Virus record (IMG/VR): IMGVR_UViG_3300011871_000042
Reading direction: 5' to 3' (one strand)
DNA length: 64,000 bases
From: an uncultured virus (IMG/VR IMGVR_UViG_3300011871_000042)
Lineage: Duplodnaviria > Heunggongvirae > Uroviricota > Caudoviricetes
Shown: piece after piece, positions 52,327-62,000 of the stretch
Layout: each line of letters opens with the position of its first letter
Numbering within the stretch: position 1 is the first letter of the stretch
Notes under the pieces: model-generated
What the model saw: only the letters and a program-made list of their open reading frames with translations
The model's database searches: none
Told to the model about the DNA's origin: nothing
Made by a program: the position numbers and the translations under genes

Positions 52327-52470
52327 ATGAAAAAGATGCTTTTAACTTTTACTTGTTTGTCAGTGCTTGTTTTATCTGGATGTAATACATTCAGAGGGGT
52401 TGGTGAAGATGTTCAGGCTGGCGGCAGTGGAATTTCTCATGCTGCGACGAAAACGCAATCTAAAATGTAA
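52327..52470 (+). CDS. ecnB: Entericidin A/B-family lipoprotein, EcnB-like (missed by the ORF track)
   Basis: SD AAGGAG; MKKMLLTFTCLSVLVLSGCNTFRGVGEDVQAGGSGISHAATKTQSKM; terminator 52483-52510. Confidence 0.85.
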   Translation: MKKMLLTFTCLSVLVLSGCNTFRGVGEDVQAGGSGISHAATKTQSKM

Positions 52471-52508
52471 AAACCATAAAGTAAAAGAGCTTCTTTCGAA
52501 GCTCTTTT

Positions 52509-53201
52509 TTATTTTTGATCTTGTTTCGTTTCACTTAATAATAGCTTTAAAATACTATCACCATCTTCCTCTGTTTGAGTATCCGAAAGAGAAACTTTAG
52601 ATATTTTCATTGATGTTCTTCTGTTTTCCTCTGCTTTAAAGACAGGATCCTCATCAACAGTTGATGATTTTTGACTATTAATATGATTCTTGGCATAGTC
52701 ATCTTCTAAATTTATTTCATTTTTATTTTCTTTTTCATTTTGATAGTTATCTTGGTCATATTCTGTTTCGTCAGTATCATTATCATCATTTTCAGAAGAT
52801 ACGCCTTCATCAATATATACCTGAACTTCATCTACTAAAGAAAGTATTACGTCATATAAAAAATCAAGCTCTATATCATCTTTAGCTTCATCTCTGATGT
52901 AAACACCATATTTTTTAATTTTAAATTTATATTGTTGTTTTATTTCTGGATTTTTATCTACTTTTGTCTTTATCAATCCAGCAGCATCATCTAAAGAATT
53001 TATAGTATCTTCTGAAAAATCATCATCATTGCTGTCAATGTGGATGAAAAAATCAGCTTCATCAGGGTTTAAAGTTTTTGGATAATCTTTAGGTGAAATA
53101 TGCAGTTTCACATTTATGTTCATATCTTCTAACATGAAAATTTTCTGTTTCATAATTGTTCCATTTGTTTTACCTACGTAATAAACAATATTACACAGCA
53201 A
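52509..53201 (-). CDS. Acidic hypothetical protein (start probably at the internal MKQK)
   Basis: Long D/E-rich ORF. Confidence 0.6.
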   Translation of the reverse strand: MLCNIVYYVGKTNGTIMKQKIFMLEDMNINVKLHISPKDYPKTLNPDEADFFIHIDSNDDDFSEDTINSLDDAAGLIKTKVDKNPEIKQQYKFKIKKYGVYIRDEAKDDIELDFLYDVILSLVDEVQVYIDEGVSSENDDNDTDETEYDQDNYQNEKENKNEINLEDDYAKNHINSQKSSTVDEDPVFKAEENRRTSMKISKVSLSDTQTEEDGDSILKLLLSETKQDQK

Positions 53202-53235
53202 AAAATAAAATCAAGCGTGAAGAATTACAAAATAG

Positions 53236-53688
53236 TTGATTTTCGAGAATCTAAGTTTTATGATTGAACAACGTTGTTTATGGAGACAGAAAATGGTTAA
53301 GAAAAATACAATAGATTGCCCACTTTCAGACTGGATTGGGTTGATAGAAAATTTAAAGTTGAAGTTAAATGCTCTAGATAAAGAAGTAGATAAAAAAATA
53401 CATACATATGACACGTTATCGATGGAGGATAAGCAAGATGGGATGAGATTGCTTATAGAAATCCAAGGGATTAATGAATTTATAAATAAAGCAAATTCTT
53501 ATCTTTATAAGAACAAAAGCTATCGTATGATAAATGTCACTTTAAATAACATGGCGGAAATAGAGATAAACAAATCAAATGATAGTAGTTCATTGTTAAA
53601 AGAGATGTCAGAGGCATTGAATAATTATTATTCAGAAAAAGTGATGATAAAATTTGATAAACCTATTAATGAGTATATAGGCTATTAA
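53236..53688 (+). CDS. Hypothetical protein (start probably at MVKK after GGAG)
   Basis: Coiled-coil-like ORF. Confidence 0.6.
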   Translation: MIFENLSFMIEQRCLWRQKMVKKNTIDCPLSDWIGLIENLKLKLNALDKEVDKKIHTYDTLSMEDKQDGMRLLIEIQGINEFINKANSYLYKNKSYRMINVTLNNMAEIEINKSNDSSSLLKEMSEALNNYYSEKVMIKFDKPINEYIGY

Positions 53689-53772
53689 AATATTTTAAAT
53701 AAAGCTTTGTAATTGGTTATAAAATAGTTATAATTAATAAGTTGACATTGTTTATTTAAAAAAGGCTATTTT

Positions 53773-55194
53773 ATGAATCGATTATTAAATTTTTTTAAAG
53801 AGAAAAACAAGGTAGTAGCCCATTCCCATGTTGAAGAAAGTGATATTTCTCCTAATTATTTTCTATCATCTTGTAAAGCTGTTGGTATGACAATAGCTTT
53901 ATTAACAGCATCCTCATTATCAATAGGTGTAGCTAATGCTGCTTCTGTTGATAATTCAATTCCTTTTGGTGTTACTGTTGACCGTTTGCTTAACGAATAT
54001 AATAGTATGGGGCTATTTCCTAATAATTCTATTCCCAATGTAAAAATAGTAGATCGTAATGAAAGTAGTTCCTCGGCACATATTGCTGGAATAAAAAATT
54101 CTTGTGATATTAAAATATCTTTAGATTCAAATGGTAAAGCAGAATCTCTAATACCAGATGTTGAAATTAGTTTTAACAATAATAGTATTTATAGAGAAGC
54201 ATCTTTAAATCATGAAATTGGGCATTGCTATTCCAATAAAGTATTTAAAAACTCTGGTTTATCTAAAACTTCCGAAAGATGGATGAATGAATGGGTTATA
54301 GGAGATTACGTAGGATCTAATCCTATAAAAAATCTATATGAAGAAAATTTCGCTGATACCTATGGTTTAATGCTAACTCTTCATAACCATAATTTTTCTA
54401 AGGAATCTATATCATTGTTAAAAAAATGGAAAGAAACAAGAAAAATTAAAAGAGAGAGTGGAGAGAAAAATGGAGATTCATTATTAAGTAATTCCCACCA
54501 AACAGATTTTGCGTTAGATTATCTTTATAAAAATTTAGAAAAAGTAAAAAAAATGGATATAAAGAACTATGCCAGTTTTGCAATGGAAGCCTCTAGCCGC
54601 TCTGTTATTTATATTTTAAACTCTAATAGAGAAATGGTTAAAAAAATATCATTTAATAATGAAGGTGACTGGGTTCAAGGTAGTTCAAATAATAGAGTGG
54701 GTGAACAAGGATTAGATCTTATAAATCAAGTTATTGGTTCTTACAGAGATAATGTTTTTAATTATGCTAAAGTATTAACATACAAACAAACAATAGAACC
54801 TAATACGTTAGAAACATCTTACAAAAATGATATACCAGAAACTACAAGAAGAGTAATAAATAGTACGAACTTACTTGATAAAGTAAAAATAAATAGTACA
54901 AGAGTAAATAACCATGAGATATCATGGAATATAGAAGGTGGTGAAGCAGGGAAAACAGCAGTATTTGTTATGCTTAATGGTAAAAAGTTAGACTTTGAAA
55001 TGTCTAAACTAAAAGATAAATACAACTATAATGCTTTCCAAGAAAATATAGAAAAAGTATTAAAATCACCTTATGAATTAAATGAAGTAAAAGCTGATAA
55101 TAAAGCTGAAAAAATACAAACCTTAAAGAAGGTTTTAGCGAATAGCCCTTTCCAAAATGATAGAATGAAAGCGAAAACATTAAAATTAAAATAA
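53773..55194 (+). CDS. Putative zinc metallopeptidase with an N-terminal hydrophobic anchor
   Basis: LNHEIGHC..EENFADTYG; ends RMKAKTLKLK. Confidence 0.7.
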   Translation: MNRLLNFFKEKNKVVAHSHVEESDISPNYFLSSCKAVGMTIALLTASSLSIGVANAASVDNSIPFGVTVDRLLNEYNSMGLFPNNSIPNVKIVDRNESSSSAHIAGIKNSCDIKISLDSNGKAESLIPDVEISFNNNSIYREASLNHEIGHCYSNKVFKNSGLSKTSERWMNEWVIGDYVGSNPIKNLYEENFADTYGLMLTLHNHNFSKESISLLKKWKETRKIKRESGEKNGDSLLSNSHQTDFALDYLYKNLEKVKKMDIKNYASFAMEASSRSVIYILNSNREMVKKISFNNEGDWVQGSSNNRVGEQGLDLINQVIGSYRDNVFNYAKVLTYKQTIEPNTLETSYKNDIPETTRRVINSTNLLDKVKINSTRVNNHEISWNIEGGEAGKTAVFVMLNGKKLDFEMSKLKDKYNYNAFQENIEKVLKSPYELNEVKADNKAEKIQTLKKVLANSPFQNDRMKAKTLKLK

Positions 55195-55252
55195 ATTAAA
55201 AAAACCAAATCGCCTGATTTGGTTTTTTATTTGTAAATATGAAAAAATACCC

Positions 55253-56008
55253 TTATTGACCTAAAAGAAATTTGGTTTGACCTAATAAATCATTAGCGCT
55301 ATAAGGTTTAGGAAGGAAGCTATCCACGCCCTCATGTGCTCCTATTTTAAAATGTAGTTCAACATTTCCTGTAACAACAATAATTGGAATGTCAGATAAG
55401 GCAAGTGTTTCTTTCATTCTTGTGACTAAATCTAATCCATTAAGTCTTGGCATATCAACATCCGTAACAACTAGATCTGGTTTTTTCTCTCTCATTTTTT
55501 CTAAAGCATCAATACCGTCTTCTGCTGTTATAATATTATAGTCTTTTTCTAATGCTCTAGTAGCACTTTTTAAAGATGTTTTTGAATCGTCAACAATTAA
55601 TATAGTAGGCACTTTTTCCTCAGCTCTTGTAATGTTAATATTCGAAATATTATTATTTAAATCCAAGTCTAAGGATTGTTTAAGAATTTCATTATCTGGA
55701 ACATTATGAGATCCTAAAACGTCAAGAACAGCATCATTTCTTATTTTGCTATTATCTTGCTTATCTTGAGGAATTAAACGAGGTCTAACTTTTATTTTTT
55801 TATTCTTTTTTTCTTCATCTTCATCAATAACAATTCCATCGGGATTTCCCGGAGAATATCTTTTTCTTGTATTTTTTTGTTGCTTTTCTTTTTCTTGTAA
55901 GTTTTTTATTTCCAATTGCTTTTTCTTATTTTTTTGATTCAATAAAAAAATAATAACAATTGAGGCTAACAAAACAGCACCACCAGATAGTATAAATAAA
56001 TTATTCAT
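55253..56008 (-). CDS. Membrane-anchored response-regulator receiver protein
   Basis: N-terminal TM; ILIVDDS, PDLVVTDVDMPRLNG, VVT, FLPKP. Confidence 0.85.
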   Translation of the reverse strand: MNNLFILSGGAVLLASIVIIFLLNQKNKKKQLEIKNLQEKEKQQKNTRKRYSPGNPDGIVIDEDEEKKNKKIKVRPRLIPQDKQDNSKIRNDAVLDVLGSHNVPDNEILKQSLDLDLNNNISNINITRAEEKVPTILIVDDSKTSLKSATRALEKDYNIITAEDGIDALEKMREKKPDLVVTDVDMPRLNGLDLVTRMKETLALSDIPIIVVTGNVELHFKIGAHEGVDSFLPKPYSANDLLGQTKFLLGQ

Positions 56009-56203
56009 TTTTTCCTCATATTTTCTTAAAACTCTTTATTATTTACTGTCTAAGTAAAAAAAAGTAAATAGCAAAATATGAAAACGATATTTATTTTATT
56101 AGAAATTTGTAATTATTATTAAAATATTATATTTTCAGAGTAGTATATCATAATTTGAATTAAGTGATATTATAATAAATATATTAACCATTAAGAGATA
56201 GAT

Positions 56204-57181
56204 ATGGATAAAAATAGAATTTCCAATCATAATTGGATTTGTAGAACACTAACTGGAACAATAGCATTAGAAGAAACTTCTATGACACTTAAACAAAGAA
56301 ATTTTCTAAGGCAATTATCTAAACCCGTTCGTGTTAGTGATCTTTACAAAATATTAAAAGAAAAATATCCGAATGATTACAGTAGAACAAGTGATTTTGT
56401 AGAAATCGTTAATTTTACAAATAAAAAAATATGGATAGAAAAGGTCGAAAAACCTCAACTATTAGAAGAATCTGATAGTAAGAAAGATGATTCTGAACAT
56501 TCTCTTGAAGATTCAAGGGATAGTTCATCTCTGCCTGAAGAATTATTAAACCTATCAAGAAAAGCTCAAAGTGGTTATAGTGAAGAAAGTAACGTCTTTG
56601 CTGTAGAATTTGAAGATCCAGAAGAAAAAGAAGATATTAAAAAATGGTTTAATGAGGCAGATGAATATGAAGAACAACAAGTTGAATTTATTCATGATGA
56701 GCAAACTAAAGATTTAATTTTGAAATTAGGATTAGGCTCTGTAAATTCAAATAATATGGATGAGTTTGAAATTCCTGAAGATAATCCATTTATTAGTAAA
56801 GGTGGTAATGTAAGTAAGACAGAAGCTGCCGAACAGGTATTAAACTTTTTAGATCAATTTGATGAAAAAGATTTAGAGGATAATATTTCAGATGAAGAAG
56901 ATAGTGAAAAAGAGATTTTTTATAATCAAGAAGAAAATATTAACCAAATCTTCAACCAAGAAAAAGAAATAGTAGAAGATAAAGAAAATATTCATGAAGT
57001 AGAGCAAAAAAAAGAAGAAGATAATGTTAGGGAAATATCATCCGTTGATAGAGAAAGTAAAAGACAGGAGAGATTAAGTAAAAGAAATAACTTACCTCCT
57101 ATTAAAAAAAATGAACCCAAAAAAGAACAAGGTATACTTGGAAGTTTAAAAAATGGTATAAAAAAAATAATTGGAAAATAA
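56204..57181 (+). CDS. Acidic hypothetical protein
   Basis: 325-aa ORF, E/D-rich. Confidence 0.65.
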   Translation: MDKNRISNHNWICRTLTGTIALEETSMTLKQRNFLRQLSKPVRVSDLYKILKEKYPNDYSRTSDFVEIVNFTNKKIWIEKVEKPQLLEESDSKKDDSEHSLEDSRDSSSLPEELLNLSRKAQSGYSEESNVFAVEFEDPEEKEDIKKWFNEADEYEEQQVEFIHDEQTKDLILKLGLGSVNSNNMDEFEIPEDNPFISKGGNVSKTEAAEQVLNFLDQFDEKDLEDNISDEEDSEKEIFYNQEENINQIFNQEKEIVEDKENIHEVEQKKEEDNVREISSVDRESKRQERLSKRNNLPPIKKNEPKKEQGILGSLKNGIKKIIGK

Positions 57182-57187
57182 GTAAAT

Positions 57188-58222
57188 ATGTATAAAGATT
57201 TTTTAGAAAAATTAGAAGATGAAGAAAATTTAAAAGATCGAGAGCTATGGATTGAATTAGCTTATATCAATAATCCCTTAGTTGAGAAGAAAATAACTCA
57301 AAAAGGATATAGTTTTCTTAGTCCTATATTAAAGAAGTCTGATAATTTAGAAGAAGTAATTACCCCACTTCTTCTTTTGTGCTATGATAAAGAAATACCT
57401 AATAAAAATGAAATCCTTTCCAGATGGCTTGCTGAAACATTAATACAAGAAAAATTCACTAAAAGTAAAAATACAATAAATTATAGAAATCATCAACAAG
57501 AAAAGTTATTTATGTTTTTTATTGAACAAAATAATATAGATATGATAGAAAAAATAATTTATTGGAGTAAGGAAATGCCTTATCCTCATAAAGTTATAAG
57601 TTATGAAGATGTAAAAAAATATATATTTAAAAATCTTTCAATAGAAGGATTAAAAAATTTTAGTTCTTCATGGAGTGACAATGTTTGGCTAACTAAATGG
57701 AAATTTGAAAAAAATTTATGGGATTACGAGCCTCATGACTTTGAGGCCAATCCTGAAAGTTTCTGGCCTATAGAAAGGCAATCATTTAATTTAGATTGGA
57801 TGAAGGCCGTGTTAGAAGCAGGTTGTCCAACAAACATGTTAATGCAAGGTTTTTTTGATGAAAAAGAAATAGAAACAATAATGTTAAGAATATTAAAGCT
57901 TTCTTTTTATTTCCATAATCATGAATATCATAATAAAAATAACGAAAATATAAAAAAGTTATGGATACGTGATGAAAAATATTTAATGAAAATGTTAAGC
58001 TTATTTGTTAGTCATGGAGGAAAAATAGAAGGCAATTGGAATGGTATCGCTTGGTGGGAAGAATGGAGAAATTTAAGGAAAAATATAAAGGATTGGACTA
58101 GTTGGAATGAACAAACATTATCATACATTGATAGTTTTGCTCAACAACATGAAATTAATAAAAAAATGAGTATAAGTATGGCTCATAAAAAAGTAGAAAA
58201 AAATCTTAAAGAAAGAATATAA
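57188..58222 (+). CDS. Hypothetical Trp-rich protein with basic tail
   Basis: 344-aa ORF ending KKVEKNLKERI. Confidence 0.65.
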   Translation: MYKDFLEKLEDEENLKDRELWIELAYINNPLVEKKITQKGYSFLSPILKKSDNLEEVITPLLLLCYDKEIPNKNEILSRWLAETLIQEKFTKSKNTINYRNHQQEKLFMFFIEQNNIDMIEKIIYWSKEMPYPHKVISYEDVKKYIFKNLSIEGLKNFSSSWSDNVWLTKWKFEKNLWDYEPHDFEANPESFWPIERQSFNLDWMKAVLEAGCPTNMLMQGFFDEKEIETIMLRILKLSFYFHNHEYHNKNNENIKKLWIRDEKYLMKMLSLFVSHGGKIEGNWNGIAWWEEWRNLRKNIKDWTSWNEQTLSYIDSFAQQHEINKKMSISMAHKKVEKNLKERI

Positions 58223-58315
58223 AAAATGCTTGACTTGAATGTTGATTTTCGTATATGATGGTTTCGTTGAGCAAATCAACATACTTTAAACAATAAAACA
58301 AATAGGAAAATAAAT

Positions 58316-58417
58316 ATGAAACACTAGACTTTAAATGTAAGAGCACCTCCACCTTGGATTATTAATTTATTCATGCAGTTCTATTATATAAAATTTAATA
58401 ATCAATCAAAAAGGTGA
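58316..58417 (+). promoter_or_regulatory. Leader peptide MKH(TAG)TLNVRAPPPW.. with an anti-SD hairpin
   Basis: SD AGGA, ATG 58316, TAG 58325-27, in-frame RAPP 58340-51, TGA 58415-17; CACCTT 58350-55 complementary to AAGGTG 58411-16; promoter TTGACT-18-TATGAT at 58230-59. Confidence 0.7.
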
Positions 58418-58860
58418 AAATTATGACTACTTTAAATATCGAAAACAAATCTTTTATTCTTTCTAAAGAAAAAGCATTAGAAGCTAAATCTATCTGGAAA
58501 GATCTATCAAAAAATAAAAAAGCAACATTATCTCATCATGTATTTTATTTCTTATTAATATCACATGATCCAGAATTAGTGTTTAAAAAAGCTTTTTCTC
58601 CATTAGTAAATTCCAATAAAATTCAAAATGTTGGTGGTGATGTCTACTTTGCTGTCAAACAAGAATTAGGAAGTTTATCTTCTAAAAATTTAGAATTTAA
58701 ATATATTGAGCCTTGGATTTCCATCTTATTGAATGAAGATGAATATAAAATAAAAGGTCATTGGTCTAAAATTGTTGAAACAGAATCTGAGCTTATTAAT
58801 GATATTCGTAAAAAAGCTCAACTTGTTTTGGATTTTTTTAATGGTAAAAAAGAGGTTTAA
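58414..58860 (+). CDS. Hypothetical protein (start GTG 58414 or ATG 58423)
   Basis: SD AAGGTG; co-oriented with the downstream PTH gene. Confidence 0.7.
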   Translation: MKIMTTLNIENKSFILSKEKALEAKSIWKDLSKNKKATLSHHVFYFLLISHDPELVFKKAFSPLVNSNKIQNVGGDVYFAVKQELGSLSSKNLEFKYIEPWISILLNEDEYKIKGHWSKIVETESELINDIRKKAQLVLDFFNGKKEV

Positions 58861-58863
58861 TAA

Positions 58864-59238
58864 ATGTATTTAAAATATGATGGCAAGGCTCCTTTTGAAA
58901 AAGATGAAGCTAAATATGTATATGTATTAATCAGAACGGATTTATCATTAGCTCAGCAAGGCGTACAGGCTGTTCATGCTGGTATGGCTGCTATACATGA
59001 ATTTGGTGGTTTAACGGATGATACTCGTTTAGCAATGCTTTCTGTTAATAGTGAAAAGGAACTTGAACTTTGGGCAGAAAGACTTGAAATGAATGGAATT
59101 AACTTTAAAATATTTTGGGAGCCTGATAATAATACTGGATGGTCAGCATTAGCAACAGCACCAATTAGTAGACAAGAAGGGAAAGTGTTAAAAAAGTTAA
59201 TGAGATGGAATCCTGAAAGAGATCTGATGGCAGCATAG
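58864..59238 (+). CDS. Peptidyl-tRNA hydrolase, PTH2-like
   Basis: YVLIRTDL..AQQGVQAVHAG, L.V.SE.EL, F.EPD...SALATAP. Confidence 0.75.
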   Translation: MYLKYDGKAPFEKDEAKYVYVLIRTDLSLAQQGVQAVHAGMAAIHEFGGLTDDTRLAMLSVNSEKELELWAERLEMNGINFKIFWEPDNNTGWSALATAPISRQEGKVLKKLMRWNPERDLMAA

Positions 59239-59273
59239 TAAAAATATAATAAAAAGGAAGCGCAGCTTCCTTT

Positions 59274-59525
59274 TTATTTGATTAATGAAAGTTTTGGTTT
59301 TTTATAATAAGGTTTATCTAGCATAGGTTTCTCAAATCTTTCTAATTGAGGAAAAGTTTTCTCTAATGCTTCATATCTACTACTTGCTAATACATCTTTT
59401 GTTTTTATTCCTACTTTATTAAGATTGATCAATAAATTTAATGTAACATCATTACTTTCGATAGAAATAAAATCATTAAGTTCTGTATCAAACCATACTT
59501 TATATAAAACTTGATTATCTTTCAT
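59274..59525 (-). CDS. Hypothetical protein
   Basis: SD AAGGA; ends KKPKLSLIK. Confidence 0.6.
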   Translation of the reverse strand: MKDNQVLYKVWFDTELNDFISIESNDVTLNLLINLNKVGIKTKDVLASSRYEALEKTFPQLERFEKPMLDKPYYKKPKLSLIK

Positions 59526-59648
59526 TTATCCTTCCTATTGATATTTTAATACTATGTCTATATCATACATATAATATATAAAAAAACAAAAAAAATAGTG
59601 AAAGTAAGTACGAAAGTGTGATATAAAAGAAACAACAGAGGAGACACT

Positions 59649-60791
59649 ATGGAAAAAAGTACAAAAAGTTCTTGGCAAGAAGTTGTCTTTAAAACAAAAG
59701 AATGGCATAAAACATTAATTCAATTTGAATTAACAGATGAGTTAAGCCAACCACTAACAGCTTATAATCCTATTTTATGTGAAAAGGAATGGGATGCTAT
59801 CCAAGCAATAAAAAAATGGAGAAATGAATCTGGTTTACATTTTTCTTTACAAGATTTTGATGATAATGAAAGAATTTCATTTGAAAAATTAACAGAGAAA
59901 AGTAAAAACGTTTATTTTAAAAAGAATGATGCCAAACCATATAAAAAAGTATTTTATGTTCCTTTTGCTGTTTGGAATGATGATGTTGATGCTGCTCCAG
60001 ATTTTATTCCATTAAAAGATAAGACAATAATAAGACAATATGCTAGTAGTTTATATAATAGTTTAAAAATAAGAGCTTTAAATTCCATGAATACTTTTTT
60101 TAATGGGGTTAAAGTAGGAACTGAATATGGATTTGAAACAGGAAGTTTGTGGTTAAAATCAAATATAGATAAATTATTACAAGATGGCATAGACCTATCT
60201 GAAATGGAATTAACAGATATAGATGAAAATTTAATTCATAGTCTTAGTGGGGTAACGAAAGAATTTCAGGAAGAATGGCTACAATCGGCATTAATACCAA
60301 TAGTAATAGCTGCAACTGAATATGAAGATATTTCAGATTTTGATTTTAATTATGATGGTCAGTTAGATGTTGAAATGAAAAGCTTAAAAACCATGAGAGC
60401 TGATTTTGAACAACCCATGAGTTTGAATAAAGCTTTAAAAAGATTGGAAGCTCTGAAATTTTCTTTATGGGCAAAAAGCGTAGTTTATGATAATTTCGTA
60501 GAAGGAGGAGTAAAAAGAGAAAGCGTTATCCAATTTCATATAAATAATGGTGATGTGGTATACGTAAGTGTGGCTGTAATGGATATAGATAAAAATGATG
60601 AAGAATTGATTACTCTTACATATGGAAGAAGAATTAATGATCATTATGAAATACAAGAAACATTATTACCTTGGGTAATGTGTGCTGATCCTAGAATGAC
60701 TTGGAGTGTTATGTATACCGAAGATGACTTTGAAGAAGATAATTTACCCAATAACTATAAAATTACTTATGAGAACACTACCATACATTAA
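59649..60791 (+). CDS. Hypothetical protein
   Basis: SD GAGGAG; 380 aa. Confidence 0.7.
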   Translation: MEKSTKSSWQEVVFKTKEWHKTLIQFELTDELSQPLTAYNPILCEKEWDAIQAIKKWRNESGLHFSLQDFDDNERISFEKLTEKSKNVYFKKNDAKPYKKVFYVPFAVWNDDVDAAPDFIPLKDKTIIRQYASSLYNSLKIRALNSMNTFFNGVKVGTEYGFETGSLWLKSNIDKLLQDGIDLSEMELTDIDENLIHSLSGVTKEFQEEWLQSALIPIVIAATEYEDISDFDFNYDGQLDVEMKSLKTMRADFEQPMSLNKALKRLEALKFSLWAKSVVYDNFVEGGVKRESVIQFHINNGDVVYVSVAVMDIDKNDEELITLTYGRRINDHYEIQETLLPWVMCADPRMTWSVMYTEDDFEEDNLPNNYKITYENTTIH

Positions 60792-60792
60792 T

Positions 60793-60818
60793 AAAAAAAG
60801 GCCATCTGGCCTTTTTTT
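60793..60818. terminator. Bidirectional intrinsic terminator
   Basis: AAAAAAAGGCCA-TC-TGGCCTTTTTTT. Confidence 0.85.
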
Positions 60819-61501
60819 TATTTGGTAAGATTACTTCTGAAGCAAACTAAAGCATCTGGTTTAAGTTGGAAAAGTTCAGCAGGACGGTGTTTACCTGTTA
60901 AAACTTCACCTGTTTCTTCAAGAAAATCTAATTCATTTATTTTCTTTCTAAAAGCAGATTTATCAATTGGTGTACCTAAAACTTGCTCATAAACCTTTTG
61001 CAATTGTGTTTTAGTAAACTTTTTAGGCAACAAATAAACAGGAAGCGTAGAGTAGTTTACTTTATTTCTTAATCTTTCTAGTGCCATTTCAATAATGTTT
61101 TCATGATCGAAAGCAAGGCTGCCTTTTTTAATTTCATCAACAGCTTTCCACTCAATACCTGTAACGTTGCGCCCTGCCTGAGCATTTTCTACTTCTTCCC
61201 ACGGCATTAAAGATACATAAGCAATACTAATAGACCAACCACGAGAATCACGCTTAACAGAACCAAAAGTATGTAGTTGTTCAAAATAAGATGATTGAAC
61301 ACCTGTTTTTTGGAATAAAACTCTATTTACAGAATCATCTAAAGTTTCATCTTGATCGGTAAAAATAAAACCACCGGGCAAGCCTAATTTACCTGCATAA
61401 GGTTCTTTCTCTCTCTCAACAAGTAAAACATGTAGTTTTTCATTTTTTAATGTCAGGATAACAGCATCAACTGAAGCAATAGGTGTATCATATTCTTTCA
61501 T
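60818..61501 (-). CDS. nrtR: NrtR: Nudix-wHTH transcriptional regulator of NAD metabolism
   Basis: SVDAVI..L.VLLV.R..P..G..LPGGF, EQL.TF...RD.RG..IS.AY, LAFDH, FT..QLQ.VYE..LG..DK..FRKK, HRPA.LF. Confidence 0.9.
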   Translation of the reverse strand: MKEYDTPIASVDAVILTLKNEKLHVLLVEREKEPYAGKLGLPGGFIFTDQDETLDDSVNRVLFQKTGVQSSYFEQLHTFGSVKRDSRGWSISIAYVSLMPWEEVENAQAGRNVTGIEWKAVDEIKKGSLAFDHENIIEMALERLRNKVNYSTLPVYLLPKKFTKTQLQKVYEQVLGTPIDKSAFRKKINELDFLEETGEVLTGKHRPAELFQLKPDALVCFRSNLTK

Positions 61502-61521
61502 CTTTATCTCCTAATTTTAAC

Positions 61522-61542
61522 TTAGTGTAATAATACCACTAT
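61522..61542. promoter_or_regulatory. Putative NrtR autoregulatory operator over the nrtR -10 (TTGATT-17-TATTAT on the minus strand)
   Basis: TTAGTGT-AATAATA-CCACTAT imperfect palindrome. Confidence 0.65.
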
Positions 61543-61676
61543 CTTATATTAAAATCAATATATTTATTCTTATTATTGTTTTTTAACATTATTATATAAA
61601 ATTCAGTAAGTTAGAGTAATATTTTGAATTTTATTTTTTTTGTATTACTATGTACAAATTACCAGTGGAGGTCAAC

Positions 61677-61991
61677 ATGAAAAATGATACTATAGATTCA
61701 ACAGTGATAGAAAAAAAGTCCGACACAAGGATTCAAAAACCTTCAATGTATAATGTTATATATTTAAATGATGACTATACTACTATGGAATTTGTAATCT
61801 GGACTTTAATGAAATTTTTTAATAAAAATGAAGATCAAGCTGTCTTGATAACTCAAAGCATTCATAAGGAAGGTAGAGGCGTTGCGGGATTATATTCAAA
61901 AGAAATTGCTGAAACAAAAATATATGAAGTACAAAATATAGCTAGGCTTAATGATTTTCCTTTAGTTTTAATAATGGAAAAAAGCGAGTAA
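61677..61991 (+). CDS. clpS: ATP-dependent Clp protease adaptor ClpS
   Basis: PSMYNVIYLNDDYTTMEFV..IH.EGRGVAG.Y..EIAETK; SD GGAGG before ATG 61677. Confidence 0.92.
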   Translation: MKNDTIDSTVIEKKSDTRIQKPSMYNVIYLNDDYTTMEFVIWTLMKFFNKNEDQAVLITQSIHKEGRGVAGLYSKEIAETKIYEVQNIARLNDFPLVLIMEKSE

Positions 61992-62000
61992 GGAAAAATA

